DNA of 64,000 nucleotides from an uncultured delta proteobacterium (GCA_963842925.1 CAWJIL010000003.1:249542-313541); one strand, 5' to 3'; counted from the stretch's first letter, positions 38,293-47,067 are shown. Notes: generated from the sequence alone by a model not told the origin. Program-made: numbers and translations.

Positions 38293-39174
38293 ATGCCCGT
38301 ATCAGCCAAAAAAGTAAATGGATTCTATTTCATGCCGCCATCACTCAGCGCCTGGATCGGGCAAACCATACCCGACAAGGAATTCGATGGTCAAATCCCC
38401 TGGACACCTCTGAAAAAACCGGTTTCTGAAACCGTTTTTTCTTTGATGACCTCCGCCGGCATCAACATGAAAACTGATCCGGATTTTGACATGCAACGGG
38501 AAAAACAGAAACCCACGTGGGGAGATCCCTCGTACAGAAAAATACCGAAATCAGCTAAGGAAACCGACATCCATATCAATCATCTGCATGTCAACACGGA
38601 TTATATACAACAGGATATGAATGTGACCCTGCCTTTGGAACGCTTTCGGGAATTCGAAAGCGATGGTGTTATCGGCGCGTTGGCCCCCACCACCTATTCC
38701 TACTATGGATATCAAACAGATCCAACCGTTCTGCTGGAAGAAACCATGCCCAAGGTTGTGGCGGCCATGAAATCTGAAGGGGTGGAAGCCGTTTTTCTCA
38801 CCCCGGCCTGACCCTTGTGCTGCCGGTCCGTGGGACTGGTTGCACGGTTTCTTGAAGAAAATGGACTCTCCACCATCCTTCTCACCATGACACCCGAATT
38901 CAACAGGGAAATCGGGATACCCCGTATTGCGGCCATCGAATACCCTTATGGGCGGGTCGTGGGTGAAGTGAACGATGCAGAGGGTCAACGGCAAGTGCTC
39001 ATGGAAGCACTGTCGGTTCTGGATGCCGCAGAAAAACCGGGTGAGGTGGTTCATCTGCCATACACCTGGCATGAAGACCCTAGGGATACAAAATGGCATC
39101 CGCCCGAGGCTTCCCCCATCATCAAAATGTATTTGGAAGCCATAAAGAAAGCCGGATCCGAAGCACGTAAGTAA
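38293..39174 (+). CDS. PrdB/GrdB-family (Stickland reductase selenoprotein B-like) selenoprotein with selenocysteine at UGA 38809-38811
   Basis: ORFs 38293-38811 and 38815-39174 are in the same frame and are separated only by TGA plus one codon. The read-through gives ..EAVFLTPA-U-PLCCRSVGLVARFLEENGLSTILL.., which resembles the ..LLTAG-U-GTCHRS..AGIPTI.. Sec region of PrdB as I recall it. The second ORF has no ATG or RBS of its own. A hairpin follows the UGA. Confidence 0.8.
38817..38845 (+). promoter_or_regulatory. Candidate bacterial SECIS hairpin
   Basis: gtgctgccggtcc-gtg-ggactggttgcac forms a 13-position stem (10 Watson-Crick pairs, 2 G-U pairs, 1 mismatch) starting 6 nt after the UGA. 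Confidence 0.5.
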
Positions 39175-39253
39175 AACGACGCCTAAATCGAATTTTTTTG
39201 TCCACGTCAGAACGTGGAGTCTATGAGAAATATTTAAAAAAAGGAGAAGGGAT

Positions 39254-40264
39254 ATGAAAAGATCAATCCGTTTTATGTTTGTGCTAATTGCAGGATTACT
39301 GCTCTTCTTTATCGCAGGTCCTGCAACGGGAAAAACTGTTGAGTTGAAATTGGCTCACTTTATGCCGGCCATGCATGTTCAGCATGTAAAAGCTTTTGAG
39401 CCTTTTGCAAAGCAGGTTGCAAAAGAATCTGGTGGGGAAGTTACTATAAAAATCTACCCTGGCGGAGCACTTGGCAACCCAAAAACCATGGTAGATGCGA
39501 TTCGTATGGGTATTACAGATATTGGTTTTGTTCTCCCCAGCTATGTACCTGGACGGTTCGAGAGAAGCTCTGTGTTTGAACTGCCATTTATTTTTAACAA
39601 TGCAGAACATGTAACAAGAGTAGTTTATGATATCTATGATGAGTACCTGGCTGAAGACTATAAAGAATTTAAGACGCTCTGGTTTCTTTCCGCCCCTCTG
39701 AGTCAGGTTCATACTACAAAAGCACCTCTTCTGACACTTGCCGATTTTAAAGGTGTGAAAATTAGAGGTGGTAATGCCCTTGAATCAAAAGCGATAAAAC
39801 TTCTCGGTGGCAATCCGGTTGGCCTACCAATTTCAGAACTTTCAATCGCAATGCAAAAAGGTGTTGTTGATGGTTGTTTTACTCCCTATGCGGCGCTTAG
39901 AAGTTATAAACTGATTGATGTTTCTAAATATATTACTGAATTTAATTTTTCTGGTGCTTTAATGTGTGTATTAATGAACAAAGCCAAATGGAATAGCCTT
40001 TCAGATAATGGTAAAAATGCAATTAATGTTGTTGCGACAAAACAATTTGGCATGAGGGCGGCCATGGCTTTTGATGAAGAAGATTCGGAAAACAAGGCCA
40101 TGGCTGCAGAAAAAGGGATGAAATCATATATGCTTTCAGATGTTGACAGAGCCGCTATAAAAGAAAAATTCAGTATATTCTATTCGGATTGGGTAAAAAA
40201 GAACTCATCAAAGTTTGATGCCCAAAAACTTCTTGACGCCGTTTTTGAGTCCGCTGCAAAATAA
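39254..40264 (+). CDS. dctP: TRAP transporter substrate-binding protein (DctP family)
   Basis: A signal peptide followed by ELKLAHFMP, a DctP-type fold pattern. ggagaaggg RBS. Confidence 0.9.
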   Translation: MKRSIRFMFVLIAGLLLFFIAGPATGKTVELKLAHFMPAMHVQHVKAFEPFAKQVAKESGGEVTIKIYPGGALGNPKTMVDAIRMGITDIGFVLPSYVPGRFERSSVFELPFIFNNAEHVTRVVYDIYDEYLAEDYKEFKTLWFLSAPLSQVHTTKAPLLTLADFKGVKIRGGNALESKAIKLLGGNPVGLPISELSIAMQKGVVDGCFTPYAALRSYKLIDVSKYITEFNFSGALMCVLMNKAKWNSLSDNGKNAINVVATKQFGMRAAMAFDEEDSENKAMAAEKGMKSYMLSDVDRAAIKEKFSIFYSDWVKKNSSKFDAQKLLDAVFESAAK

Positions 40265-40372
40265 TAGCAATGTCTCTATTCGCATTAGAAAAAAATCGCT
40301 CCGTTCAAGAGAATATAAAATAGTTTTCGTTTGGAGCTGCCTTGTATTCTCCTCTATTGTAAGGACAAATAA

Positions 40373-40873
40373 ATGGTACAACAAAAGAATCCAATCTGGG
40401 TTGAAAAAGGACTTTATCCCTTGGTCAAAATCCTTGACTATTTATCATGGATAACACTTTTTTCAATGATGGCAATAACTATATTAGATGTTTTTCTAAG
40501 AAAATTATTTAATACATCTATTCTCGGGACAGTTGAGCTTACCGAATTTATGATGGTTATTGTAGTCTTTAGCTCCCTTGCTCAGTGTGAAGTTGACAAT
40601 GGCCACATCAGAGTTGAACTGATCATAGACAAATTCGGACCCAAAGTTAGAACCTGTGCGAATATTTTCACTCAAACGTTATGTACTGCTCTTTTTGCTA
40701 TGATGTCCACATCCATTTATCATCATGCAATAAACATGAAGTCCTCCGGTGAAGTGTCAATGGATCTTGGGCTTCCAATGTATCCATTTGTCTACATTGC
40801 ATTTTTCGGATGCATTGTAATGACTGTAGTTCTGTTTTTTAAAACAATCCTAATAATTTCAAAGGCAGTATAA
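40373..40873 (+). CDS. dctQ: TRAP transporter small permease (DctQ family)
   Basis: 166 aa with 4 TM segments, positioned between the dctP and dctM genes. Confidence 0.85.
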   Translation: MVQQKNPIWVEKGLYPLVKILDYLSWITLFSMMAITILDVFLRKLFNTSILGTVELTEFMMVIVVFSSLAQCEVDNGHIRVELIIDKFGPKVRTCANIFTQTLCTALFAMMSTSIYHHAINMKSSGEVSMDLGLPMYPFVYIAFFGCIVMTVVLFFKTILIISKAV

Positions 40874-40875
40874 TC

Positions 40876-42180
40876 ATGAGCCCCTTAGTTATAGGCGTGT
40901 TAGGGATAGGAGCTCTGTTTATTCTTCTGGCTTTAAGAATGCAAATTGGCTTTGCAATGGCTATTATTGGATTTGCCGGGTTTGCAATCTTAAATAGTTT
41001 CAGCTCAAGCCTTGCCATCCTTGGCTTTGAGCCTTATCAAACAGCATCTTCATACACCCTAAGTGTCATTCCATTATTTATGCTTATGGGACAATTTGCC
41101 AACCATTCCAATTTGGGCACGGAAATATATGAAACTGTCAACAAATGGATTGGGTTTTTGCCAGGGGGGCTTGCCATGGCAACGGTCGGGGCATGTGCCA
41201 TGTTTGCGGCGATCTCCGGTTCATCTCTTGCCACTGCTGCAATGTTCGGAACAATCGCACTTCCTGAAATGCAAAAACTGGACTATTCTGAAAAACTTGC
41301 AACAGGATGTATTGCTGCCGGTGGGACATTGGGTATTTTAATCCCCCCAAGTTCCGTACTGATTCTCTACGGTATTCTTACTGAACAAAGTATAGGAAGA
41401 CTCTTTATTGCAGGCATAATACCTGGAATATTACTAAGCTTGATGTTTATAGGTACAATATATGTCCTGACCAAAATAAATCCCAGCATAGGAAAACCTG
41501 GTCCCGCATATGCATTTAAACAAAAAGTTGCTTCCTTAAAAAACACATGGGCAATAATTACTCTATTTGGTCTTGTTATTGGTGGACTGTATGCTGGTTG
41601 GTTTACACCAACAGCTGCTGCCGGAGTTGGCGCATTTGGTGCATTTTTAATAACCCTGCTCAAACGCAGGCTGACATGGAATACCTTAATAATCTCATTA
41701 AAAGAAGCAGCCTCGTCTACGGCAATGATTTTCGGAATTTTAATAGGAGCAATGATTTTTCAGTATTTTATGACATTGAGCCAGATACCGACAACTTTAG
41801 CATCACTGGTGGTTGACTCCGGGATGGGAAAGTATCTTGTTATTAGTTGCATAATAATAGGATTCATCATTTTGGGTTGTTTTATGGAAGGTCTTTCCAT
41901 AATGGTCCTGGCAGTGCCAATTATTTTCCCTATTATCATAAATATGGGTTTTGATCCTATCTGGTTTGGAATTATCATTACGTTGACCATGGAAATGAGC
42001 CTTATCACACCACCTGTTGGCGTGAATGTTTTTGTTTTAAGCGGTGTTGCCAAGGATATACCCATGTCGACAATGTTTAAAGGAATTTTACCTTTCTGGA
42101 TTGCCATGCTGATTTGTATTATTCTTCTTGCTTGCTTTCCTGAAATAGTAACATATTTACCGAATAGAATGATGGGATAG
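40876..42180 (+). CDS. dctM: TRAP transporter large permease (DctM family)
   Basis: A 434-aa polytopic protein with DctM-typical motifs (AISGSSLATAA, LIPPS). Confidence 0.92.
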   Translation: MSPLVIGVLGIGALFILLALRMQIGFAMAIIGFAGFAILNSFSSSLAILGFEPYQTASSYTLSVIPLFMLMGQFANHSNLGTEIYETVNKWIGFLPGGLAMATVGACAMFAAISGSSLATAAMFGTIALPEMQKLDYSEKLATGCIAAGGTLGILIPPSSVLILYGILTEQSIGRLFIAGIIPGILLSLMFIGTIYVLTKINPSIGKPGPAYAFKQKVASLKNTWAIITLFGLVIGGLYAGWFTPTAAAGVGAFGAFLITLLKRRLTWNTLIISLKEAASSTAMIFGILIGAMIFQYFMTLSQIPTTLASLVVDSGMGKYLVISCIIIGFIILGCFMEGLSIMVLAVPIIFPIIINMGFDPIWFGIIITLTMEMSLITPPVGVNVFVLSGVAKDIPMSTMFKGILPFWIAMLICIILLACFPEIVTYLPNRMMG

Positions 42181-42186
42181 TCTTAA

Positions 42187-43584
42187 ATGGATGTTGTAAC
42201 TAAATTATTACTTATTGCTGATATTTTTTTATTTTCCGCTTTCTTATATTTTGCATTTGAGTCTTACCGTGAGCAAGAAGCACGCGCCACGAAAATCGGT
42301 CTCGTGGGTGCAGCAATCGCCATAATCATCGGAATTTTTATATTTATCCCAGACCTAAAAAATGCAGTCGTATACCTTTTCTCCACAGGATGCATACTTT
42401 CCCTAAGCCTGCTGATTCCAGCCAACCCGAATAAAAAGGCCCTGAAAGGAACAAAGGGTTATCTTGTGGGCCAGGCACAGCGATTTGACGAAAGGAATTC
42501 TGTTTTTGCAAGGTATAGGAGTTTGACCCCGGGAACCGAGCGCTATGATTATTTTTATAGGAAGATGCATCCTGAAAAAGAAGAACACGATGCAAAAAGA
42601 CGAAAAACAGGTTTTATTGGTACCAATGGAAGTATCGACAATGGATATCAACCCAATGTTGCCATGATGCATGCTTCTTTTTCAATACCGCCCTATCTGG
42701 GCCATTATGCATTTAATGATCCTGAATCTGATGTTCCTGCTGCAAACTTAAGCCCTGAAAAAGCGACCCTGATTGTTAAAAACCTTGCCAGACATATTGG
42801 CGCTGATCTGGTAGGAATCACAAAGGTTGATACGGATCTTCTTTATTCACATAGAGGGGAAATCCATTATGACAACGAAAAAGACTGGGGCAAAGAAATA
42901 AAAGACCTACCGCCGTATGCTGTGGTTCTTATCACGCAAATGAGCCACGGTCATGTCATATCAGCTCCGCATACGCCAACGGTGGCCGAGAGTGCCCACC
43001 TTTATGCAAAAGGCGCCTATATGGCGACCTTGCTTGCCAGATGGTTTTCATACATGGGGTATAAAGGTATTGCTGAACACACACGTAACTATAATCTTGT
43101 GTTGCCACCTCTTGCAGTTGATGCAGGGCTCGGAGAAGTTGGTCGTCAAGGCTACCTGATTGCGCCCAAGTTTGGAGCAAGGGTCCGTATTTTTGCAGTA
43201 TTAACCGATATGCCTCTTTTAACTGACAAGCCTATTTCCCTCGGTGTTGAGGAATTCTGTCAGGCTTGTAAAAAATGCGCTGATGCCTGCCCTTCAAAAT
43301 CAATACCCCAGGGCGCTAAAACTGTCTACAACGGCTTTGAAAAATGGAAGCTTGATGAAGATTCCTGCTTTGCGTACTGGAGTAAAGTGGGTACTGATTG
43401 CTCAATCTGTATGGCTATCTGCCCTTTTAGCCGACCAGATACGTTTTTACATAAAATTGTAAAGCTGCTTGTTGCCAAATCAAGGATTGCACAAATAACA
43501 TTCCCCTATATTGACAATTTCTTGTATGGTAAACATTGGCGGTCCAAAACGGTTCTACCATGGTTAAATTACAACGATAAATAA
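42187..43584 (+). CDS. Reductive-dehalogenase-like (RdhA/QueG superfamily) Fe-S protein with N-terminal transmembrane anchor
   Basis: It has about three N-terminal hydrophobic helices and no RRxFLK twin-arginine motif. The C-terminal region carries CQACKKCADACP and C..W....DCSICMAICP (2x[4Fe-4S]). It starts 6 nt after dctM. Confidence 0.72.
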   Translation: MDVVTKLLLIADIFLFSAFLYFAFESYREQEARATKIGLVGAAIAIIIGIFIFIPDLKNAVVYLFSTGCILSLSLLIPANPNKKALKGTKGYLVGQAQRFDERNSVFARYRSLTPGTERYDYFYRKMHPEKEEHDAKRRKTGFIGTNGSIDNGYQPNVAMMHASFSIPPYLGHYAFNDPESDVPAANLSPEKATLIVKNLARHIGADLVGITKVDTDLLYSHRGEIHYDNEKDWGKEIKDLPPYAVVLITQMSHGHVISAPHTPTVAESAHLYAKGAYMATLLARWFSYMGYKGIAEHTRNYNLVLPPLAVDAGLGEVGRQGYLIAPKFGARVRIFAVLTDMPLLTDKPISLGVEEFCQACKKCADACPSKSIPQGAKTVYNGFEKWKLDEDSCFAYWSKVGTDCSICMAICPFSRPDTFLHKIVKLLVAKSRIAQITFPYIDNFLYGKHWRSKTVLPWLNYNDK

Positions 43585-43705
43585 CATAAAACCGGGACCG
43601 GGAGACGTAAATAATTTTTCATTTTAAATCGATTGTGCTATGTAGAATCGATCCATAATAGTGTATGTTTTTGCCACCCCAATCAAGATTGAGATAGGAG
43701 CCTGT

Positions 43706-44260
43706 ATGAATAAGATTCAAGTGCAAAAAACAATGATCCCCATTTCGAATTACGTGACCGTTCAAAAAGAAAACAGCCTGGTGGAGGTTTTGCAGTTTTT
43801 GGAGCAGACCCGGAAATCCGATATCGGACACGCCCATAGAGATGCCATTGTGGTAGATGCAGAGGGTGTTTTTATTGGCAAGATAACCATGCTCGATGTT
43901 TTTCGGACCCTGGAGCCCAATTATAAAAAGGTCGAACAACAGCAGGAACTGGGCACCCTTACTGCCGATTTTGTCATGAAAGCCGTCAAAGATTTTAATT
44001 TATGGATTGAACCCACACAAACCATTTGCGATCGCGGCGGTCGCCTGACGGTTTCCGATGTAATGCATGTTCCTGAAAAAGCAGAATATATCAATGAAAC
44101 AGACACCCTTGAAAAAGCAATGCATTTATTTGTCATGGGCGTCCATCAGCCACTAATAGTGAAAAATGCAGACGGTAAGGTTACAGGTGTTTTGCGGTTT
44201 GGTGATGTTTTTGAATCCGTCAGACAGCGTTTACTGGACGTAAGCTGTTCTCCCAACTAG
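43706..44260 (+). CDS. CBS-domain pair protein
   Basis: Paralogous in pattern to 14745-15299 (..AIVVDAEGVFIGKITMLDVFRTLEPNY.., ..LIVKNADGKVTGVLRFGDVF..). ataggag RBS upstream of the ATG at 43706. Confidence 0.75.
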   Translation: MNKIQVQKTMIPISNYVTVQKENSLVEVLQFLEQTRKSDIGHAHRDAIVVDAEGVFIGKITMLDVFRTLEPNYKKVEQQQELGTLTADFVMKAVKDFNLWIEPTQTICDRGGRLTVSDVMHVPEKAEYINETDTLEKAMHLFVMGVHQPLIVKNADGKVTGVLRFGDVFESVRQRLLDVSCSPN

Positions 44261-44270
44261 TTGGGAAAAA

Positions 44271-44570
44271 GGGTTCAAGGGTCCAAGGGTGATACAAGGG
44301 TTCGAGGGTGGCGGACAGCAGCATCCCAGCTTTCAGGCCTCCTAGCATCCCAGCATACAAGGCGTCCAGGATTCAAGTGTTTGTTTTCCTCTGATTTGTA
44401 AGGTCAAACCGTATATTTCTTCTTTTGGGAAACGCTTCGTTACGGTATATATATCCAAACAAAGTTTATACGCTTTTTTCCAGACTTTTAACTCTTTATA
44501 TTTTTTAGCATTTAGCTGATACCTCACTTCATCTCACTCGAATCCTGGACCCCTGGAATCCTTGAATCCT
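44271..44570. repeat. Mosaic repeat locus, reverse-orientation counterpart of 1026-1437
   Basis: gggttcaagggtccaagggtgatacaagggttcgagggtgg.., ..cagcatcccagctttcaggcctcctagcatcccagca.., ..ctcgaatcctggacccctggaatccttgaatcc. Confidence 0.8.
44342..44527 (-). pseudogene. Truncated four-helix-bundle protein gene (N-terminal ~45 codons, then runs into repeat sequence)
   Basis: YKELKVWKKAYKLCLDIYTVTKRFPKEEIYGLT.QIR is the hallmark N-terminus of the 23S-rRNA-IVS/Avd-like family. The expected AAVSIPANIAEG continuation is replaced by repeat-derived sequence. Confidence 0.65.
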
Positions 44571-44620
44571 AAATTTGGATTAACTCTTTTGGAGATGATC
44601 CAGAAATATAGATATCCAGG

Positions 44621-45379
44621 TCAAAAACGTAAGGATAAACAGGTCAGACCGCCATCCATTTTGGCCACTTCGCTTACATCCAGCTCGATGATCGGCACCC
44701 CAATCCCGGACAGCTTTTCTTTTGTGACCGGGAAACCCCTGGGCATGATCAGAGAATCGTTAAGTCCCAGCGTGTTGGCAGCGTATGTCTCTTTTTCACC
44801 CAGGACAATTTTTTCAAAGCTGTCAAAAAGATTCAGATCCTGAAATGCTTGCGTTAGAATCAGGGTGTTTTTCCCCACAAAGTTGACGCTTGATTTCAGG
44901 TGCAGCCCCTCCCCTACGGAGATGGTGTCCCAGACATAGCCGTATGATTCAAGAATGGCACCCAGTTGATGGGCACCCTCGGTATTGGTCCGGTCGGAAA
45001 TGCCGATAAAGAAACGATCTCCCGCCATGAGTACATCCCCGCCATCCACAGTTCCGGGCGACTGGATCTTCTCGATTTTTCGAAATCGTGACAAGACCGG
45101 TTCGATACTCGTTTGTTCACCCTGCCGGGAGATGGCACCGGGGATGGTGATCACAGCCACTTCCGGTGTCACCACGGCCGTATCCTCCACAAAATAAGCG
45201 TCCGGATAATCGGGCTGCGGATCCAGGAGTATCACCTCGAGACCGAGTTTCTCCAGTGTCTTCACATAGGCATCGTGCTGTTTTTTGATCAGTGTAAAGC
45301 TGGGTGTTCCGAGAAGTGAGGTTGTCAAACCCTGGCTGAAATCAGGACCGGGTTTTCTTGTGAGTGCATGAGTGAACAT
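44621..45379 (-). CDS. Dimethylarginine dimethylaminohydrolase (DDAH) / amidinotransferase-fold enzyme
   Basis: FVEDTAVV, DGGDVL and C-terminal GGLTCLSLRF with the catalytic Cys. Confidence 0.85.
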   Translation of the reverse strand: MFTHALTRKPGPDFSQGLTTSLLGTPSFTLIKKQHDAYVKTLEKLGLEVILLDPQPDYPDAYFVEDTAVVTPEVAVITIPGAISRQGEQTSIEPVLSRFRKIEKIQSPGTVDGGDVLMAGDRFFIGISDRTNTEGAHQLGAILESYGYVWDTISVGEGLHLKSSVNFVGKNTLILTQAFQDLNLFDSFEKIVLGEKETYAANTLGLNDSLIMPRGFPVTKEKLSGIGVPIIELDVSEVAKMDGGLTCLSLRF

Positions 45380-45411
45380 ATTTTACCCTATCGTTGCATA
45401 AACAACTATCA

Positions 45412-45456
45412 GCTGTAAGCGATAAGCCTTAAGCAGCTTATCGCTTATAGCTTATC
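45412..45456. repeat. REP-like hairpin module
   Basis: aagcgataagc (45418-45428) and gcttatcgctt (45437-45447) form a perfect 11-bp stem. Confidence 0.75.
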
Positions 45457-45465
45457 GCTTAATGC

Positions 45466-47067
45466 TCAAATTACCCCATCCCTGTTTTCCGGCACAGGAA
45501 TATCTTCTGAATAGCTCACCACCTGATTCCGCCCGTTTTCCTTGGCTGCATACAAAGCCGCATCGGCCCGTTGCAGCAAGTCATCAATGTTCTTGCCATC
45601 ATCAGGAAACGTTGCGATACCCAGACTGATGGTCACCGGCGGCAGGTTGCCGACTTTGATTTCGGAGACACCCTTGCGTATACGGTCAGCTAGAATAAAA
45701 GCGGCTTCTTTGACGGTTTCGGGAAGAAACATGATAAATTCTTCGCCGCCGTATCGGCCGACACTGTCCACGTCTCGAACGCTTTTCTGCAGAAAGACGC
45801 CAACGGCTTTCAACACTTTGTCACCGGCAGTATGCCCGTATGAGTCATTCACGGTCTTAAACTGATCCAGATCTCCCATGACCAAAGACAAACTTTTTTT
45901 ATACCGTTGGGTACGGTGGATTTCATCCTGAAGCTTGGCCATGAAATAGCGCCTCACATGCAGACCGGTCAATGAGTCATTGATGGCCATTTCCCACAAT
46001 TGCGCCTTACTGATTGAGATCGCTGCCTGGTCTGCCACCGCACCCAGCATCTCGATATCCTCATCCGTAAAACCATCTCCGATCTTCTTGTTGGTGACAT
46101 TGATAACACCAATGATGTCATCGTACACTTTCATTGGAATGCAGGCAATGGAGTTAGCAAAAGATGCATTGCCCCCGATAAACCTTTTGTCTTCAACTGT
46201 TTTGTTGATAAAGGTCGGTTCCCCTGTTTGAAACACGGTTCCGGCTACACCTTCTCCCGGCTCGAAGGTTTTGCATTTGATTTCATTGTTGTTGACTTTC
46301 TGCTGATACTCTTTGTCTCGCAGGCCTGCCAGTACGCGAACGCTCAACTGGTTCGTATCCGGGTCGTGAAGCATGATGGAACCCTTTTCGGCAACAGTCA
46401 CCTCTATAGCCTGGTTCAGTATGTACTTTAAAAGGCTCTTGAGGTCGCTGATATAGGTCATGGCCCGTCCGATATTATAAAGGAGAGAAAGGTTGTTAAG
46501 GGTCTTGTCCAGATCCTCCTTTTCCTTCTTATGTCGTTCATACAGGAGGCAACTGTTGATGGAGGCCGCCGCATGCATGCAGATACGTGTCAAAAAATCG
46601 AGACAAAATTCATTTTTTGAAATCTCGGTCAGAGATTTGTTCAAGGCCATCAGACCGATGACATTCTCCTTCATGTTCAACAAGGCCCACGTTACCGATT
46701 CCAGGCTTTTCGGTTTCTTCTCTCTGAAAAACGACTTCACTTCAGGCATGTCATAAAAAACTTCCATGGGTTGAAAGTCCTTTTGGCGCAACCTGGACAA
46801 AAAACCATTCCCACTCTTGAGTTCATTTTTCCAAATTTTGAATCCCTGATTGTAGACAAGGCTAAAGCTGTTGATCTCTTGATTGAAATTGAAAATAGCA
46901 ATGGCGTCGGTACCCAGTTTTCTGCTGATAATATCAGCAAAAGTTCCATATAATTCATCTGAACACCGGGTGTCGCTCAACTGATGTACGGCATCCAGAA
47001 GTTCACTCAGCTCTTTAATATGGGAATGCATGCTGTCTTGAGACTTGCTGTTGGCTTTGTCTGTCAT
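45466..47067 (-). CDS. Diguanylate cyclase with N-terminal GAF-type sensory domains
   Basis: GGEEF active site (RYGGEEFIMFL) and a GAF-like region (..GEGVAGTVFQTGEP..). Confidence 0.88.
   Translation of the reverse strand: MTDKANSKSQDSMHSHIKELSELLDAVHQLSDTRCSDELYGTFADIISRKLGTDAIAIFNFNQEINSFSLVYNQGFKIWKNELKSGNGFLSRLRQKDFQPMEVFYDMPEVKSFFREKKPKSLESVTWALLNMKENVIGLMALNKSLTEISKNEFCLDFLTRICMHAAASINSCLLYERHKKEKEDLDKTLNNLSLLYNIGRAMTYISDLKSLLKYILNQAIEVTVAEKGSIMLHDPDTNQLSVRVLAGLRDKEYQQKVNNNEIKCKTFEPGEGVAGTVFQTGEPTFINKTVEDKRFIGGNASFANSIACIPMKVYDDIIGVINVTNKKIGDGFTDEDIEMLGAVADQAAISISKAQLWEMAINDSLTGLHVRRYFMAKLQDEIHRTQRYKKSLSLVMGDLDQFKTVNDSYGHTAGDKVLKAVGVFLQKSVRDVDSVGRYGGEEFIMFLPETVKEAAFILADRIRKGVSEIKVGNLPPVTISLGIATFPDDGKNIDDLLQRADAALYAAKENGRNQVVSYSEDIPVPENRDGVI

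Noticed and set aside
38551-39099. 182-aa minus-strand ORF spanning the UGA site.
   Set aside because: It is antisense to the PrdB-like selenoprotein gene. Its existence probably reflects the codon bias of the sense gene.
44342-44527. Diversity-generating retroelement, since the four-helix-bundle fragment belongs to the Avd-like family.
   Set aside because: There is no reverse transcriptase, template/variable repeat pair or target gene nearby. The gene is truncated and embedded in dispersed repeats.
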